Source: an uncultured delta proteobacterium (GTDB taxonomy: Bacteria; Myxococcota_A; Polyangia; Polyangiales; JAFGIB01). Taken from it: 64,000 bases of DNA. Numbering within the stretch: position 1 is the stretch's first letter; each line of letters begins with the position of its first letter. Where the stretch lies: NCBI GenBank assembly GCA_963778655.1, contig CAVZVA010000011.1:192001-256000 (forward strand), read 5' to 3'. Of this stretch, positions 42,932 through 51,249 are shown piece by piece. The notes beneath the pieces are model-generated. The model was not told the origin of the DNA, searched no databases, and saw nothing but the letters and a program-made list of their open reading frames with translations. A program made the position numbers and the translations under genes.

Positions 42932-44359
42932 TCAGGCTGGAACCGGTCCCGATCGCTGCGCGGCGGCCGCGGGCAGATAGCTGTCCCCGATCTTCCAGGG
43001 CACGATGCGCGTCGGCGCGCCGATCTCAATCAAGTGACTTTCGAGCTGTCCCAGCAGCTCCGACTCTCGAGCACCAGCGCTTCCGATCGCGCCCCACCAG
43101 TGCGCGTAGGGCAAGACGTGACGCGCGCCGACGATGCCGCATACCGCGGCGACGCCGGACGGGCCGAGCGTGAGCACGTCGCGCGTCATGCTGGCAAAGC
43201 GCCGCATCTGGTCGGCGCTCAGCGAGAGCCAGTAGTGTCCCGCCCCGGTGATGTACAGCGGGTTGCCGACCGAGAGCGCGCGCAGGTTGCTCGCGAGCAG
43301 GTCGATGCGCCCGAAGCGGGCGCGGACCTCGTGCGCCACCTCGGTCATGGCGCCCATGAAGTCCGCGCCGGAGTCGATCAGAAACCACGACAGGTATGAC
43401 TCGTGGCGCACCACGTAGGTGTTGCCGGCGTTGCGCAGCACCGGGGAGCGCGGTGCCTCTCTCAGCAAGGGCTGCTCGCCGAAGAACGGCAACGCGTGCA
43501 GCTCGAGGTCCCCGATGCGCAGCGGCGGATCGCCCCAGCCCATCGCGTGCACCTGGCGAAACCCGAGCGCGCGCAACGTGGCCGCGAAATCCGGCGACAA
43601 CAGCGAAGGCCGCTGCACGCGCGGAACGACAATCGGGGTATCCGCCGAAAACGACATCAAGGTCGGCAGGTGCCAGTGATCGTGGTGGCCGTGAGAGATC
43701 ACGATCGCATCCACCAGCCCTTCGAGCTGAGCGCGCAGGAACCCTGGACCAACGTCATCCGGCTCGTACCAGGAGTGGAAGTGCGGATCGACCAGGATGC
43801 CCGCGCGGTTGCCGCGGTAGAGCAGGCCCGCGTGCTGCAGGCGGGTCACGCCGGGCCGCACCGCGGTCGCCAGCTGCAGCGGCGGCGCCGGCTCGGCGGC
43901 GGCGACCACCCCTGCCTCGAGCAGCGCGGCGAACAGGGACACGGCGAGCCCTTCGCTCTTGCCGTGGATCTCGGCCTCGCTCAGGCGTGCGGCGCCGCAG
44001 CGAGACAGCAGCGCGGCCACGTCGCTTGCCTCGAGCGGATCGAGCGCAAGCGTCAGGCTCCGCGCTCCGCGCTCGAAGGTCATGCTGTGCGGCAAGACTT
44101 CGGCCGGAAACGTGAGCTCGTCCTTGAGCGCGAAGTCGCGTTCGATCGCTGCATCGTTGTCCCAGGGTCCGAACGCATCGAAGGCCGCGGGATGAGTCGC
44201 AGCGGCGCTTCGCACGGCCTGGCTCAGCGGCCTTTTCAAAGCCAGCTCGCGCGCCGCGTCGACCACGAAGCCGGACAGCGCGGGAATGCGGACATCCGCG
44301 GTCCGAAACACCGCGCTCATGCGGCTACCGCGCGAAAACCACACGGGTTTGCCGCCCAT
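42932..44359 (-). CDS. Metallo-beta-lactamase-fold enzyme with N-terminal extension (CmlA-like diiron ligand pattern); alternative start 44320
   Basis: LQHAGLL...ILVDP, ISHGHHDHWH, LPFFGEQP, FLIDSG, LPYAHWW. Confidence 0.85.
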   Translation of the reverse strand: MGGKPVWFSRGSRMSAVFRTADVRIPALSGFVVDAARELALKRPLSQAVRSAAATHPAAFDAFGPWDNDAAIERDFALKDELTFPAEVLPHSMTFERGARSLTLALDPLEASDVAALLSRCGAARLSEAEIHGKSEGLAVSLFAALLEAGVVAAAEPAPPLQLATAVRPGVTRLQHAGLLYRGNRAGILVDPHFHSWYEPDDVGPGFLRAQLEGLVDAIVISHGHHDHWHLPTLMSFSADTPIVVPRVQRPSLLSPDFAATLRALGFRQVHAMGWGDPPLRIGDLELHALPFFGEQPLLREAPRSPVLRNAGNTYVVRHESYLSWFLIDSGADFMGAMTEVAHEVRARFGRIDLLASNLRALSVGNPLYITGAGHYWLSLSADQMRRFASMTRDVLTLGPSGVAAVCGIVGARHVLPYAHWWGAIGSAGARESELLGQLESHLIEIGAPTRIVPWKIGDSYLPAAAAQRSGPVPA

Positions 44360-44442
44360 GGCTGGATACGCCTCCCGGCGCGCTTGCGGAGATTGACGCC
44401 GTGCGCCGAGTCACGCTAAAGAGCCCTCAGGAGGCTGTCAAC

Positions 44443-44736
44443 ATGGGCATTACGCGTGACATCGTCGCCAAGGCCACCAAGGACGAGGCGTTTCGCAAGC
44501 GCCTGCTGGCAGATCCAAAGGCCGCGATTGAGAAGGAATTCGGCGTCAGCCTTCCGGCCGAGGTCAAGGTGCAGGTCCACGAAAACTCGCCGTCGATCGT
44601 CAACCTGGTGCTTCCGGGTGCGGCGCAACTGCAGCGCACGCTATCGCCCGAGGAGCTGGATCAGGTCTCGGGCGGAATGGCGAGGAAGAAGCCGATGATC
44701 TTCGTCACGCTTCCGTGCACCGACACGATGTGCTGA
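44443..44736 (+). CDS. NHLP-leader RiPP precursor (LanA); core MARKKPMIFVTLPCTDTMC
   Basis: RBS CAGGAGG; IVAKATKDEAFRKRLLADPKAAIEKEFG...VQVHEN...LVLP...LSPEELDQVSGG double-Gly leader; Thr/Cys-containing core. Confidence 0.93.
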   Translation: MGITRDIVAKATKDEAFRKRLLADPKAAIEKEFGVSLPAEVKVQVHENSPSIVNLVLPGAAQLQRTLSPEELDQVSGGMARKKPMIFVTLPCTDTMC

Positions 44737-44751
44737 GCGCGCGGCGCGCGG

Positions 44752-47700
44752 CTACTGCAGCAGCAGCGGCTCAGGCAGCGGTTGCTCGGGCGCTGCCAGG
44801 CGCAGCAGCACGTGACCCACGCCGGCCAGACCTTGGAACAGGCTTTGGCAACGTAGCTGCCCCGCCGCGGCTTGCCCCAGCGTGAAGCCGCCCCGGCGCT
44901 GCGCCTGCGCGAGCGACTCGCGCGCAAGCACCCGGGCGCGCTCGAGCAAGTCGGGCCGCCGCAGACGTCTGGCCGCGGTCGCCAGGATCTCGATCCTGCC
45001 CATGTCGCCGCAGCACAGCTGCTGCAGCGCGGCGCTCGAGGGGCGTGCGGCCACCTGCAGCCCGGCCTCGATCTCGGCGCGCGTCTCCGGGTCGTCGAGC
45101 GCGGACAGGCTGGCCACCCGGGCGAGCGCGATCCCAGGCCCGCCGTGACACCACGCCGCCGGAAAGCGAGGAGGCCCGTCGTAGCGCAGGTCGGGCCAGT
45201 CGCCCGGGTCGGGCAGAAACTGGGCGCGCTCGAAGCGCACCAGCGCGCGCGCGGCGTCGAGCAAGCGCGAATCGCCGCTGGCCGCGTGAAGCCGAGACAG
45301 GGCATAGGCCACGCCGGCCGCCCCGTGCGAGAAGCCGCTGAGGCGCTTGCCGTCCCGCGTCCGCAGCGCGAGCTGGCCGGGACCTGCGGGCTCGAGCGCG
45401 GCTGCGAGCCGCTCGCCGCAGCGCAGGGCCGTGGCCAGCGCCGGCGAGCTCCCGCAGACCTCGTGAAGGCGCAGCGCACCGAGCAGCGCGCCGGCCGAGC
45501 CCCAGGTCACGTCGAGGCCGTCGTCCGCGTCGATCCGCGCGGGCGTGATCAGCGCGCACGCCGCCGCCGCCGCTTCGAGCAGCTCGGCTCGACCCAGCAG
45601 CGCGCCGATGCTGGTCAAGCCGTAGACCAGCGAGCCCAGCCCGGAGAAGCCGCCGATGCCCATGAAGTCGGCGGTCTGCTCGGGTGCGTGCTCGAGCTCC
45701 GCAAGCAGAGATCGGATTGTGCCCAGCGCGAAGCGCTGCATGCCCGAGCCCGGCAGCAGGCGCTCGACCGAGGCGAGAAACAACCCGATCCCGAGCGCGC
45801 CGTCGTACAGGTCACCGCCCACCACCGCCAGATCGCGGCGCGGATCGTCGAGCAGCGCTTGCTGGGACAGAGCCGGTTGCAGCCACGATAGGCTGCCGTC
45901 CTCGCCGTGGATGGCTCCACCGACGATCGCCCGCGCGATGGCCAGCGCGCGATCCGCGTCTTGCTCGGGTGCGGGCCCGAGCGCGGCCGGCGAGCCCGGA
46001 CGTGGCGCCACGCCGGCCACCGGCGTGGGCTCCGCCTGGGCCGCAGGAGCGCGCGAGCGCAGCGACGAGCGGATGAAGTCGGTTTGCAGCGCGAGATCGA
46101 GCTCGTCGAGCGAGCGCAGCCGCTCGAGCACCGCGGCATGCGCCGATGGGTCGAACCAGCCCGGGATGACGCGCGCGGTGGGCGCGAACAGCGCGTCGCC
46201 GCCCGCCACCGCCGAGAAGTACGGGACGTCGCCGCGCTCGATCGCTTCCCGTTCGGAGGCCCAGATCTCGGCCCAGCCCAGGCGGCCGTCGCTGCGCTGG
46301 CCGAGCACGGCGGCCTGGGCCAGCTGCTCGATCTGAAGGCCGCGCTCCACGCCGTCGCGCAGGCAGCGCGGATCGCGCAGCAGCTCGAGCAGCGTCACGT
46401 AGACCGTGGTGTGCCGATACACGAAGCGTACCTGCACCGCGGCCAGTCGCTGCAGCGGCCCGTCCGCGGCGAGCAGCGCGCCGCGCTGCTGCATCAAGAA
46501 GCGGTAGAAGGTCTGGAACCCCTCCACCAGCGCCGCTTCATGCTCGTAGACGCGCAGCGGCCGGCCGTCCGTCATCGCGGCGCGCGGCGGCGTGGTCTTT
46601 TCGCGCGGACCGCTGGTGAGCCGCATGAGGTCGGTGTTGACGCAGGCCCAGCGCCGCGAGCTCAACACCCGCTCCTGCTCCGCGTCCGCGCCCAGCGCGC
46701 TGCCGTCGAACAGCTGTCCCGGAACGCTCCAGCGCGACCAGACGGGCAGAAAGTAGCTGGCGAGCACCGAGCCCAGCAGCCGCGCCTCGGCCAGGCGCGC
46801 CGCATCGGTGAGGTGGCCGGCGCCGCGAACGGGCGGCGAGAGCAGGGTCTCGAGGTCGATCAGCACGGGGTGATCGCCGGCTGCGATCACGTTGTCGGCG
46901 TGGCAGTCGGTACCGCGCAACAGGTAGATCACGCACAGCAGCGCGCCCGCGTTGCGGAAGTAGAGCCTCGCCTCGCGCTGGTCGCGACACGCGGCGTGCT
47001 CGATCAGCTCCGCCCAGCCGTAGCCAGGCCGGAGCAGCACGCGCGCGCTGTGCAGATCGGCTGGAGCACCGGCAGCCCGCAGCCACGCCAGCAACTCGTT
47101 CCACGCCAGCTCGATCGCGGAATCCCGCGGCTTGTACACCACGCCTCGGCCCGAGGCGAAGCGCAGCACGCTCACGCTGCGCAGGCCGCCGTGCGGGTCC
47201 GACAGCGAGGGCCGAACCGAGGTCACTTGCAGATCGCCGGCGATCCCCAGCCGGCTTCCGAGGTCTGCGGCGTCGGCCCGGAAACGGCACAGCAGCTCGC
47301 CGGTCGCGTCGACCCACAGCTCCGAGGTCTGCACCAGCACGCGCGCCAGCACGCTGTACTCCTCGAAGAACCCGAGCAGCCCACCGGACAACAGCCGTGC
47401 GACCAGCGCGTCGTACACGCGGCGCGACGGCTGGGGCTCGAGCAGGGCGTCGAGCGCCGAGCCCTGCTCGGTCAGGGCCAGCGACAGCTCGATGGCCAGG
47501 GCGCGCGCCGCGCGCACCGAGAGCCAGCCGAGCAGCTGGCGCTCCAGGCTGGCGTGCGCAGCCGGCGCGAAGCCCTGGTAGGCGGCGCCGGCCCGCTCTT
47601 GACAGCGAGCGCGCGCCCAGTGCACGAAGGGCATCAGGATCTCTTCGAATGCGATGGGCTGGTGTGCGTCGAGACAGCGGTCGGATCGCACAACCGTGCC

Positions 47701-47991
47701 TGCGGCGCGCAGGATCTCGCCGAGCACGCTTGCCCACGCCGGCAGCTCCGCGTCGCGCGCCAGCGCGGCGGGACCAACCGCGCGCCGAGCGCCCGCGTCG
47801 TCGAGCCCGTCCCAGCTAAGACGCATGCGAAAGCCCTCGCGGTCGCCCTTGGCGGCGGCGTCCAACCACGCCTGTTCGCGCTGCGCGATCAGCTCGTCGG
47901 CGTCCGCATCACTCGCGGCGACGAAGGCCGGGGTGGCACGCTCCAACAGCGAGCTCGCCCTCGCCGCGATCGCGCGCAACACCTCCTCCAT
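44752..47991 (-). CDS. lanM: Class II lanthipeptide synthetase LanM (CCG-type)
   Basis: Dehydratase motifs SDPH, VYKPR, GYGW.E, DCHADN, IDLETL, RHTTVY, GDVPYF; cyclase motifs GFSHGAAG, WCHGGPG, LCCGDMG, LFQGLAG. Confidence 0.95.
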   Translation of the reverse strand: MEEVLRAIAARASSLLERATPAFVAASDADADELIAQREQAWLDAAAKGDREGFRMRLSWDGLDDAGARRAVGPAALARDAELPAWASVLGEILRAAGTVVRSDRCLDAHQPIAFEEILMPFVHWARARCQERAGAAYQGFAPAAHASLERQLLGWLSVRAARALAIELSLALTEQGSALDALLEPQPSRRVYDALVARLLSGGLLGFFEEYSVLARVLVQTSELWVDATGELLCRFRADAADLGSRLGIAGDLQVTSVRPSLSDPHGGLRSVSVLRFASGRGVVYKPRDSAIELAWNELLAWLRAAGAPADLHSARVLLRPGYGWAELIEHAACRDQREARLYFRNAGALLCVIYLLRGTDCHADNVIAAGDHPVLIDLETLLSPPVRGAGHLTDAARLAEARLLGSVLASYFLPVWSRWSVPGQLFDGSALGADAEQERVLSSRRWACVNTDLMRLTSGPREKTTPPRAAMTDGRPLRVYEHEAALVEGFQTFYRFLMQQRGALLAADGPLQRLAAVQVRFVYRHTTVYVTLLELLRDPRCLRDGVERGLQIEQLAQAAVLGQRSDGRLGWAEIWASEREAIERGDVPYFSAVAGGDALFAPTARVIPGWFDPSAHAAVLERLRSLDELDLALQTDFIRSSLRSRAPAAQAEPTPVAGVAPRPGSPAALGPAPEQDADRALAIARAIVGGAIHGEDGSLSWLQPALSQQALLDDPRRDLAVVGGDLYDGALGIGLFLASVERLLPGSGMQRFALGTIRSLLAELEHAPEQTADFMGIGGFSGLGSLVYGLTSIGALLGRAELLEAAAAACALITPARIDADDGLDVTWGSAGALLGALRLHEVCGSSPALATALRCGERLAAALEPAGPGQLALRTRDGKRLSGFSHGAAGVAYALSRLHAASGDSRLLDAARALVRFERAQFLPDPGDWPDLRYDGPPRFPAAWCHGGPGIALARVASLSALDDPETRAEIEAGLQVAARPSSAALQQLCCGDMGRIEILATAARRLRRPDLLERARVLARESLAQAQRRGGFTLGQAAAGQLRCQSLFQGLAGVGHVLLRLAAPEQPLPEPLLLQ

Positions 47992-48087
47992 GCGCTGCAG
48001 CGTAGACCGAAGTCCGGACGGCGCGCGTGCCAAAACGCGACGCGACCGCGTGAAAGCGCGCCGAGCGCGCGAAAGGTGGACGCGGCG

Positions 48088-49791
48088 ATGCGACTGTCCA
48101 GCTTGCTGATCCCGGGCGATCCCGGCCCGAGCCAGGCGGGCGACCTGCTCGCGCGCTCCGGGCTCACCCACCAGCTCGCCCCCGGGCTGTTCAGCCTGCT
48201 GCCGCTCGGCCGGCGCATGCTGCACAAGCTGAGCGCGATCCTGCGCCTGCAGCTGGAAGCCGCAGGGGCTCAGGAGGTCGCGATGCCGTTGCTGCAGCCG
48301 GAAGCGCTGTGGACGCGACCCCAGCTCGGCGGCGTCTCGCGCGCCGAGCTGTTCGGCTCGCAGCTGCTGCGCGCACAGGGCGCCGATGGGACGCGCTGGG
48401 TGCTGGCGCCGACGCACGAGGAAACGGCAGCGATCGTTGCGGCGGCGTGCGTTCGCGAGGCGCGCGACCTGCCGCGCATCCTGTATCAGATTCAACCGCG
48501 ATTTCGCGATCAGCCGGCCTCGCTGCGCGCGGGGCTGCTGCGAACTCGCGAGTTCGTGATGGGCGACGCATACAGCTTCGACCGCGATCGCAGCGGGCTC
48601 GATCGAAGCTATGCGGCGCTGCGCGACGCCTTGCTGGGCTTCGCCGCGCGCTGCGGGCTCGAGGTGGAGCTGGTGGCCGCAGACGCCGCCGCGATGGGCG
48701 GCACGGACTCCGAAGAGCTGATCGCGCCGCTACCCCGCAGCACGAACGCGGCTGCGCTGCGCTGTGGCGCCTGCAGCTACGCCGCCAGCAGCGAGATCGC
48801 GCAGCGCGAGGAAGCGAAGGCGGTGCCCTCCAGCGCGCTTCCGCTGCAAGAAGTGGCGCTGAGCCACCAGCAGGCCGCGGCGGAGGCGGAGCCGGCGCGG
48901 CGCCTGGTTTGCCTGCCGTTTCTGGCGGGGGCTCGGGTGGTGCTGGCGGTCTTGCCGGCAGACCGCGCGCTCAATCGCGCAAAGCTGGAGCGGACGCTGC
49001 TGCGGGCCGGTATCGCCGCGCCCGATCTGCGCGCAGCGTCCGCGGCCGAGCTGAGCCGACTCGGTGCGAGCTACGCCTGGATCTCGCTGGTCGATACCCC
49101 CGCGTCGATCCTGGTGGTGGGCGACCGCACGCTGCAGGCGCGCGCCAACTTCTGCTTTCCTTCGCCGAAGACGGGTCATCACTTCCTCAACCTCAACTGC
49201 GGCCGCGATTTCCGCGTCGACCTGTTCGCGGACCTGTCCGCGGCCGACGAAGGCGCACCGTGTCCGCGCTGCGGGCGCGCGCTGCGAGCCATCCATGGCA
49301 GCGAGGTCGGTCACATCTTCAAGCTGGGCGCGAGCTACAGCGCGAGCTTCGGCGCCTGTCTATCAGACGGCGCGCCGCTGCAGATGGGCTGCTACGGCGT
49401 TGGTCTGACGCGCATCATGGGCGCGCTGGCGGAGCAGCGGCGCGACGCGCACGGGCCGGTCTGGCCGATCAACGTGGCACCCCACGTCGCCAGCGTCAGC
49501 GCCGCCGCCGCGGGCCAGCGCGAGGTGGCGGAGCGCTTGTACGCCGAGCTGTGCGCGGCGGGCATCGACGCGCTGCTGGACGACAGCGAGGCCACGCCCG
49601 AGCACGCAGGCGCGCAGCTGCGCCGGCTCGGCATCCCGCTTGCGGTCGTGGTGCGCGAAGACGCAGGCGGACGCGTCGTCGCCGAGCTCGGCGAGCGCGC
49701 GGGCGCCGAGCGCCACGCGCTCGAGCCATCCGCCGTGCTCGATGCATTGCGAGATCGGGTCGGGCGCGCGAGCCGCGCGCCGGACCACTAG
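48088..49791 (+). CDS. Divergent prolyl-tRNA synthetase paralog
   Basis: 3' part of ORF 45907..49791. Has LLPLGRR, PTHEE, LYQIQPRFRD, REFVMGDAYSF, EVGHIFKLG, MGCYGVGLTR. Editing and anticodon-domain motifs are degenerate. Confidence 0.88.
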   Translation: MRLSSLLIPGDPGPSQAGDLLARSGLTHQLAPGLFSLLPLGRRMLHKLSAILRLQLEAAGAQEVAMPLLQPEALWTRPQLGGVSRAELFGSQLLRAQGADGTRWVLAPTHEETAAIVAAACVREARDLPRILYQIQPRFRDQPASLRAGLLRTREFVMGDAYSFDRDRSGLDRSYAALRDALLGFAARCGLEVELVAADAAAMGGTDSEELIAPLPRSTNAAALRCGACSYAASSEIAQREEAKAVPSSALPLQEVALSHQQAAAEAEPARRLVCLPFLAGARVVLAVLPADRALNRAKLERTLLRAGIAAPDLRAASAAELSRLGASYAWISLVDTPASILVVGDRTLQARANFCFPSPKTGHHFLNLNCGRDFRVDLFADLSAADEGAPCPRCGRALRAIHGSEVGHIFKLGASYSASFGACLSDGAPLQMGCYGVGLTRIMGALAEQRRDAHGPVWPINVAPHVASVSAAAAGQREVAERLYAELCAAGIDALLDDSEATPEHAGAQLRRLGIPLAVVVREDAGGRVVAELGERAGAERHALEPSAVLDALRDRVGRASRAPDH

Positions 49792-49914
49792 GGCTCGACG
49801 TCGAAGAGCCGCGCCGGCACGGGCTTGCGCCCGCGCGACCGCGGGCTCTAGATAAGCTGGTACGGCGCGCGCTGGCGCAGCCCACGCCCGGTCTACGCGC
49901 GAAGGTGACTTGTG

Positions 49915-51249
49915 ATGAGCGACCTGCTCGCAGCGCGCTTGCAAATGGCCGTGTCGCTCGGCTTCCACATCGTGTTCGCGTGCATCGGCATGACCATGCC
50001 GTGGCTGATGGCGGCCGCCGAGTGGCGCTGGCTGCGCACGCGCGACCCCGTCTACCGCCGGCTCGCCCGGACCTGGGCGCGCGGCGTGGCGGTGTTCTTC
50101 GCGGTGGGAGCGGTCTCGGGCACCGTGCTCTCGTTCGAGCTGGGGCTGCTGTGGCCGCGCTTCATGCGTCACGCCGGCCCCATCATCGGGCTGCCGTTCT
50201 CCTGGGAGGGCACGGCGTTCTTCGTGGAGGCGATCGCGCTGGGTCTATTCCTGTACGGCTGGGATCGGCTCTCGGAGCGCGTCCACTTCGCCTCCGGGCT
50301 GGTGGTCGGGGTCTCCGGCGTGGCCTCAGGCGTGCTGGTGGTCGCCGCCAACGGCTGGATGAACACCCCCAGCGGCTTCCGCTGGGTCAACGGCCGCGCG
50401 CTCGACGTGGACCCGGTTGCGGCACTGTTCAACCCTTCATGGCCGACCGAGGCGCTGCACATGGTGATCGCGGCCTTCGTCAGCACCGCGTTCGCGGTGG
50501 CGGGCGTGCACGCGGCGCGCCTGCTCGCGCGGCCGCACGACCGCCTGCACCGGCATGCGCTGCGCATCGCACTGGCGCTGGGAGCGGTCGCGGCGTTACT
50601 GCAGCCCCTGAGCGGTGACCGCAGCGCCAAGCACGTCGCGCGCACCCAACCCGCCAAGCTCGCCGCGATGGAGGCGCTGTTCCACACCCAGCGCGGCGCG
50701 CCGCTGCTGATCGGTGGTATCCCCGACGTGCGCGGCGAGCGCGTGCGCTTCGGGATCGAGATCCCGGGCGCGCTGAGCTGGCTGGCCAAGGGCAATCGGG
50801 ACGCGCAAGTGCAGGGGCTCGATGCGCTGCGCCCGGATCTGCGGCCGCCGGTGTGGCCGTGCCACTTCGCGTTCCAGCTGATGGTGGGCGCCGGCAGCTG
50901 GCTCGCGCTGTTCGGGGCCTTTGCGCTGTGGCTGCGCGTGCGCGCGCCCGAGCGGCTGTACGGGCGCGGCTTCTTGCGCGCCGCCGCGCTCTCCACACCG
51001 CTGGGTTTCTTGGCGGTCGAGGCGGGCTGGGTGGTGACCGAGGTGGGGCGCCAGCCCTTCATCGTCTACGGCATCATGCGCACGCGCGACGGGCTGACGC
51101 CCATGCCGGGCGTGGTCTTCACGCTGGCGGCGGTCAGCGCGGTGTACCTGCTGCTGACCGCGGTGCTGGTGCTGGTGATGCGCCACCTGGTGCGCGCCAG
51201 CGAGGACGCGGCGGACGCCGAACCGGGCTCGGAGGTCGGCAGTGGCTGA
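49915..51249 (+). CDS. cydA: Cytochrome bd ubiquinol oxidase subunit I (short Q-loop)
   Basis: FHIVF, GAVSGTVLSFE, QPAKLAAME, EAGWVVTEVGRQP. Confidence 0.95.
   Translation: MSDLLAARLQMAVSLGFHIVFACIGMTMPWLMAAAEWRWLRTRDPVYRRLARTWARGVAVFFAVGAVSGTVLSFELGLLWPRFMRHAGPIIGLPFSWEGTAFFVEAIALGLFLYGWDRLSERVHFASGLVVGVSGVASGVLVVAANGWMNTPSGFRWVNGRALDVDPVAALFNPSWPTEALHMVIAAFVSTAFAVAGVHAARLLARPHDRLHRHALRIALALGAVAALLQPLSGDRSAKHVARTQPAKLAAMEALFHTQRGAPLLIGGIPDVRGERVRFGIEIPGALSWLAKGNRDAQVQGLDALRPDLRPPVWPCHFAFQLMVGAGSWLALFGAFALWLRVRAPERLYGRGFLRAAALSTPLGFLAVEAGWVVTEVGRQPFIVYGIMRTRDGLTPMPGVVFTLAAVSAVYLLLTAVLVLVMRHLVRASEDAADAEPGSEVGSG

Noticed and set aside
44393..44421. Sigma70 promoter for the lanthipeptide precursor
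   Set aside because: TTGACG is present but there is no convincing -10 box at 16-18 bp spacing.
45907..48087. Long N-terminal extension on the ProRS-like ORF (1294 aa) and the reciprocal extension of LanM to 48495
   Set aside because: Each extension is the antisense of the other gene. Homology begins at ATG 48088 (ProRS-like) and ATG 47991 (LanM).
48088..49791. Housekeeping proS
   Set aside because: Anticodon-binding, acceptor-stem and editing motifs are degenerate, so the gene symbol is withheld pending a genome-wide check.
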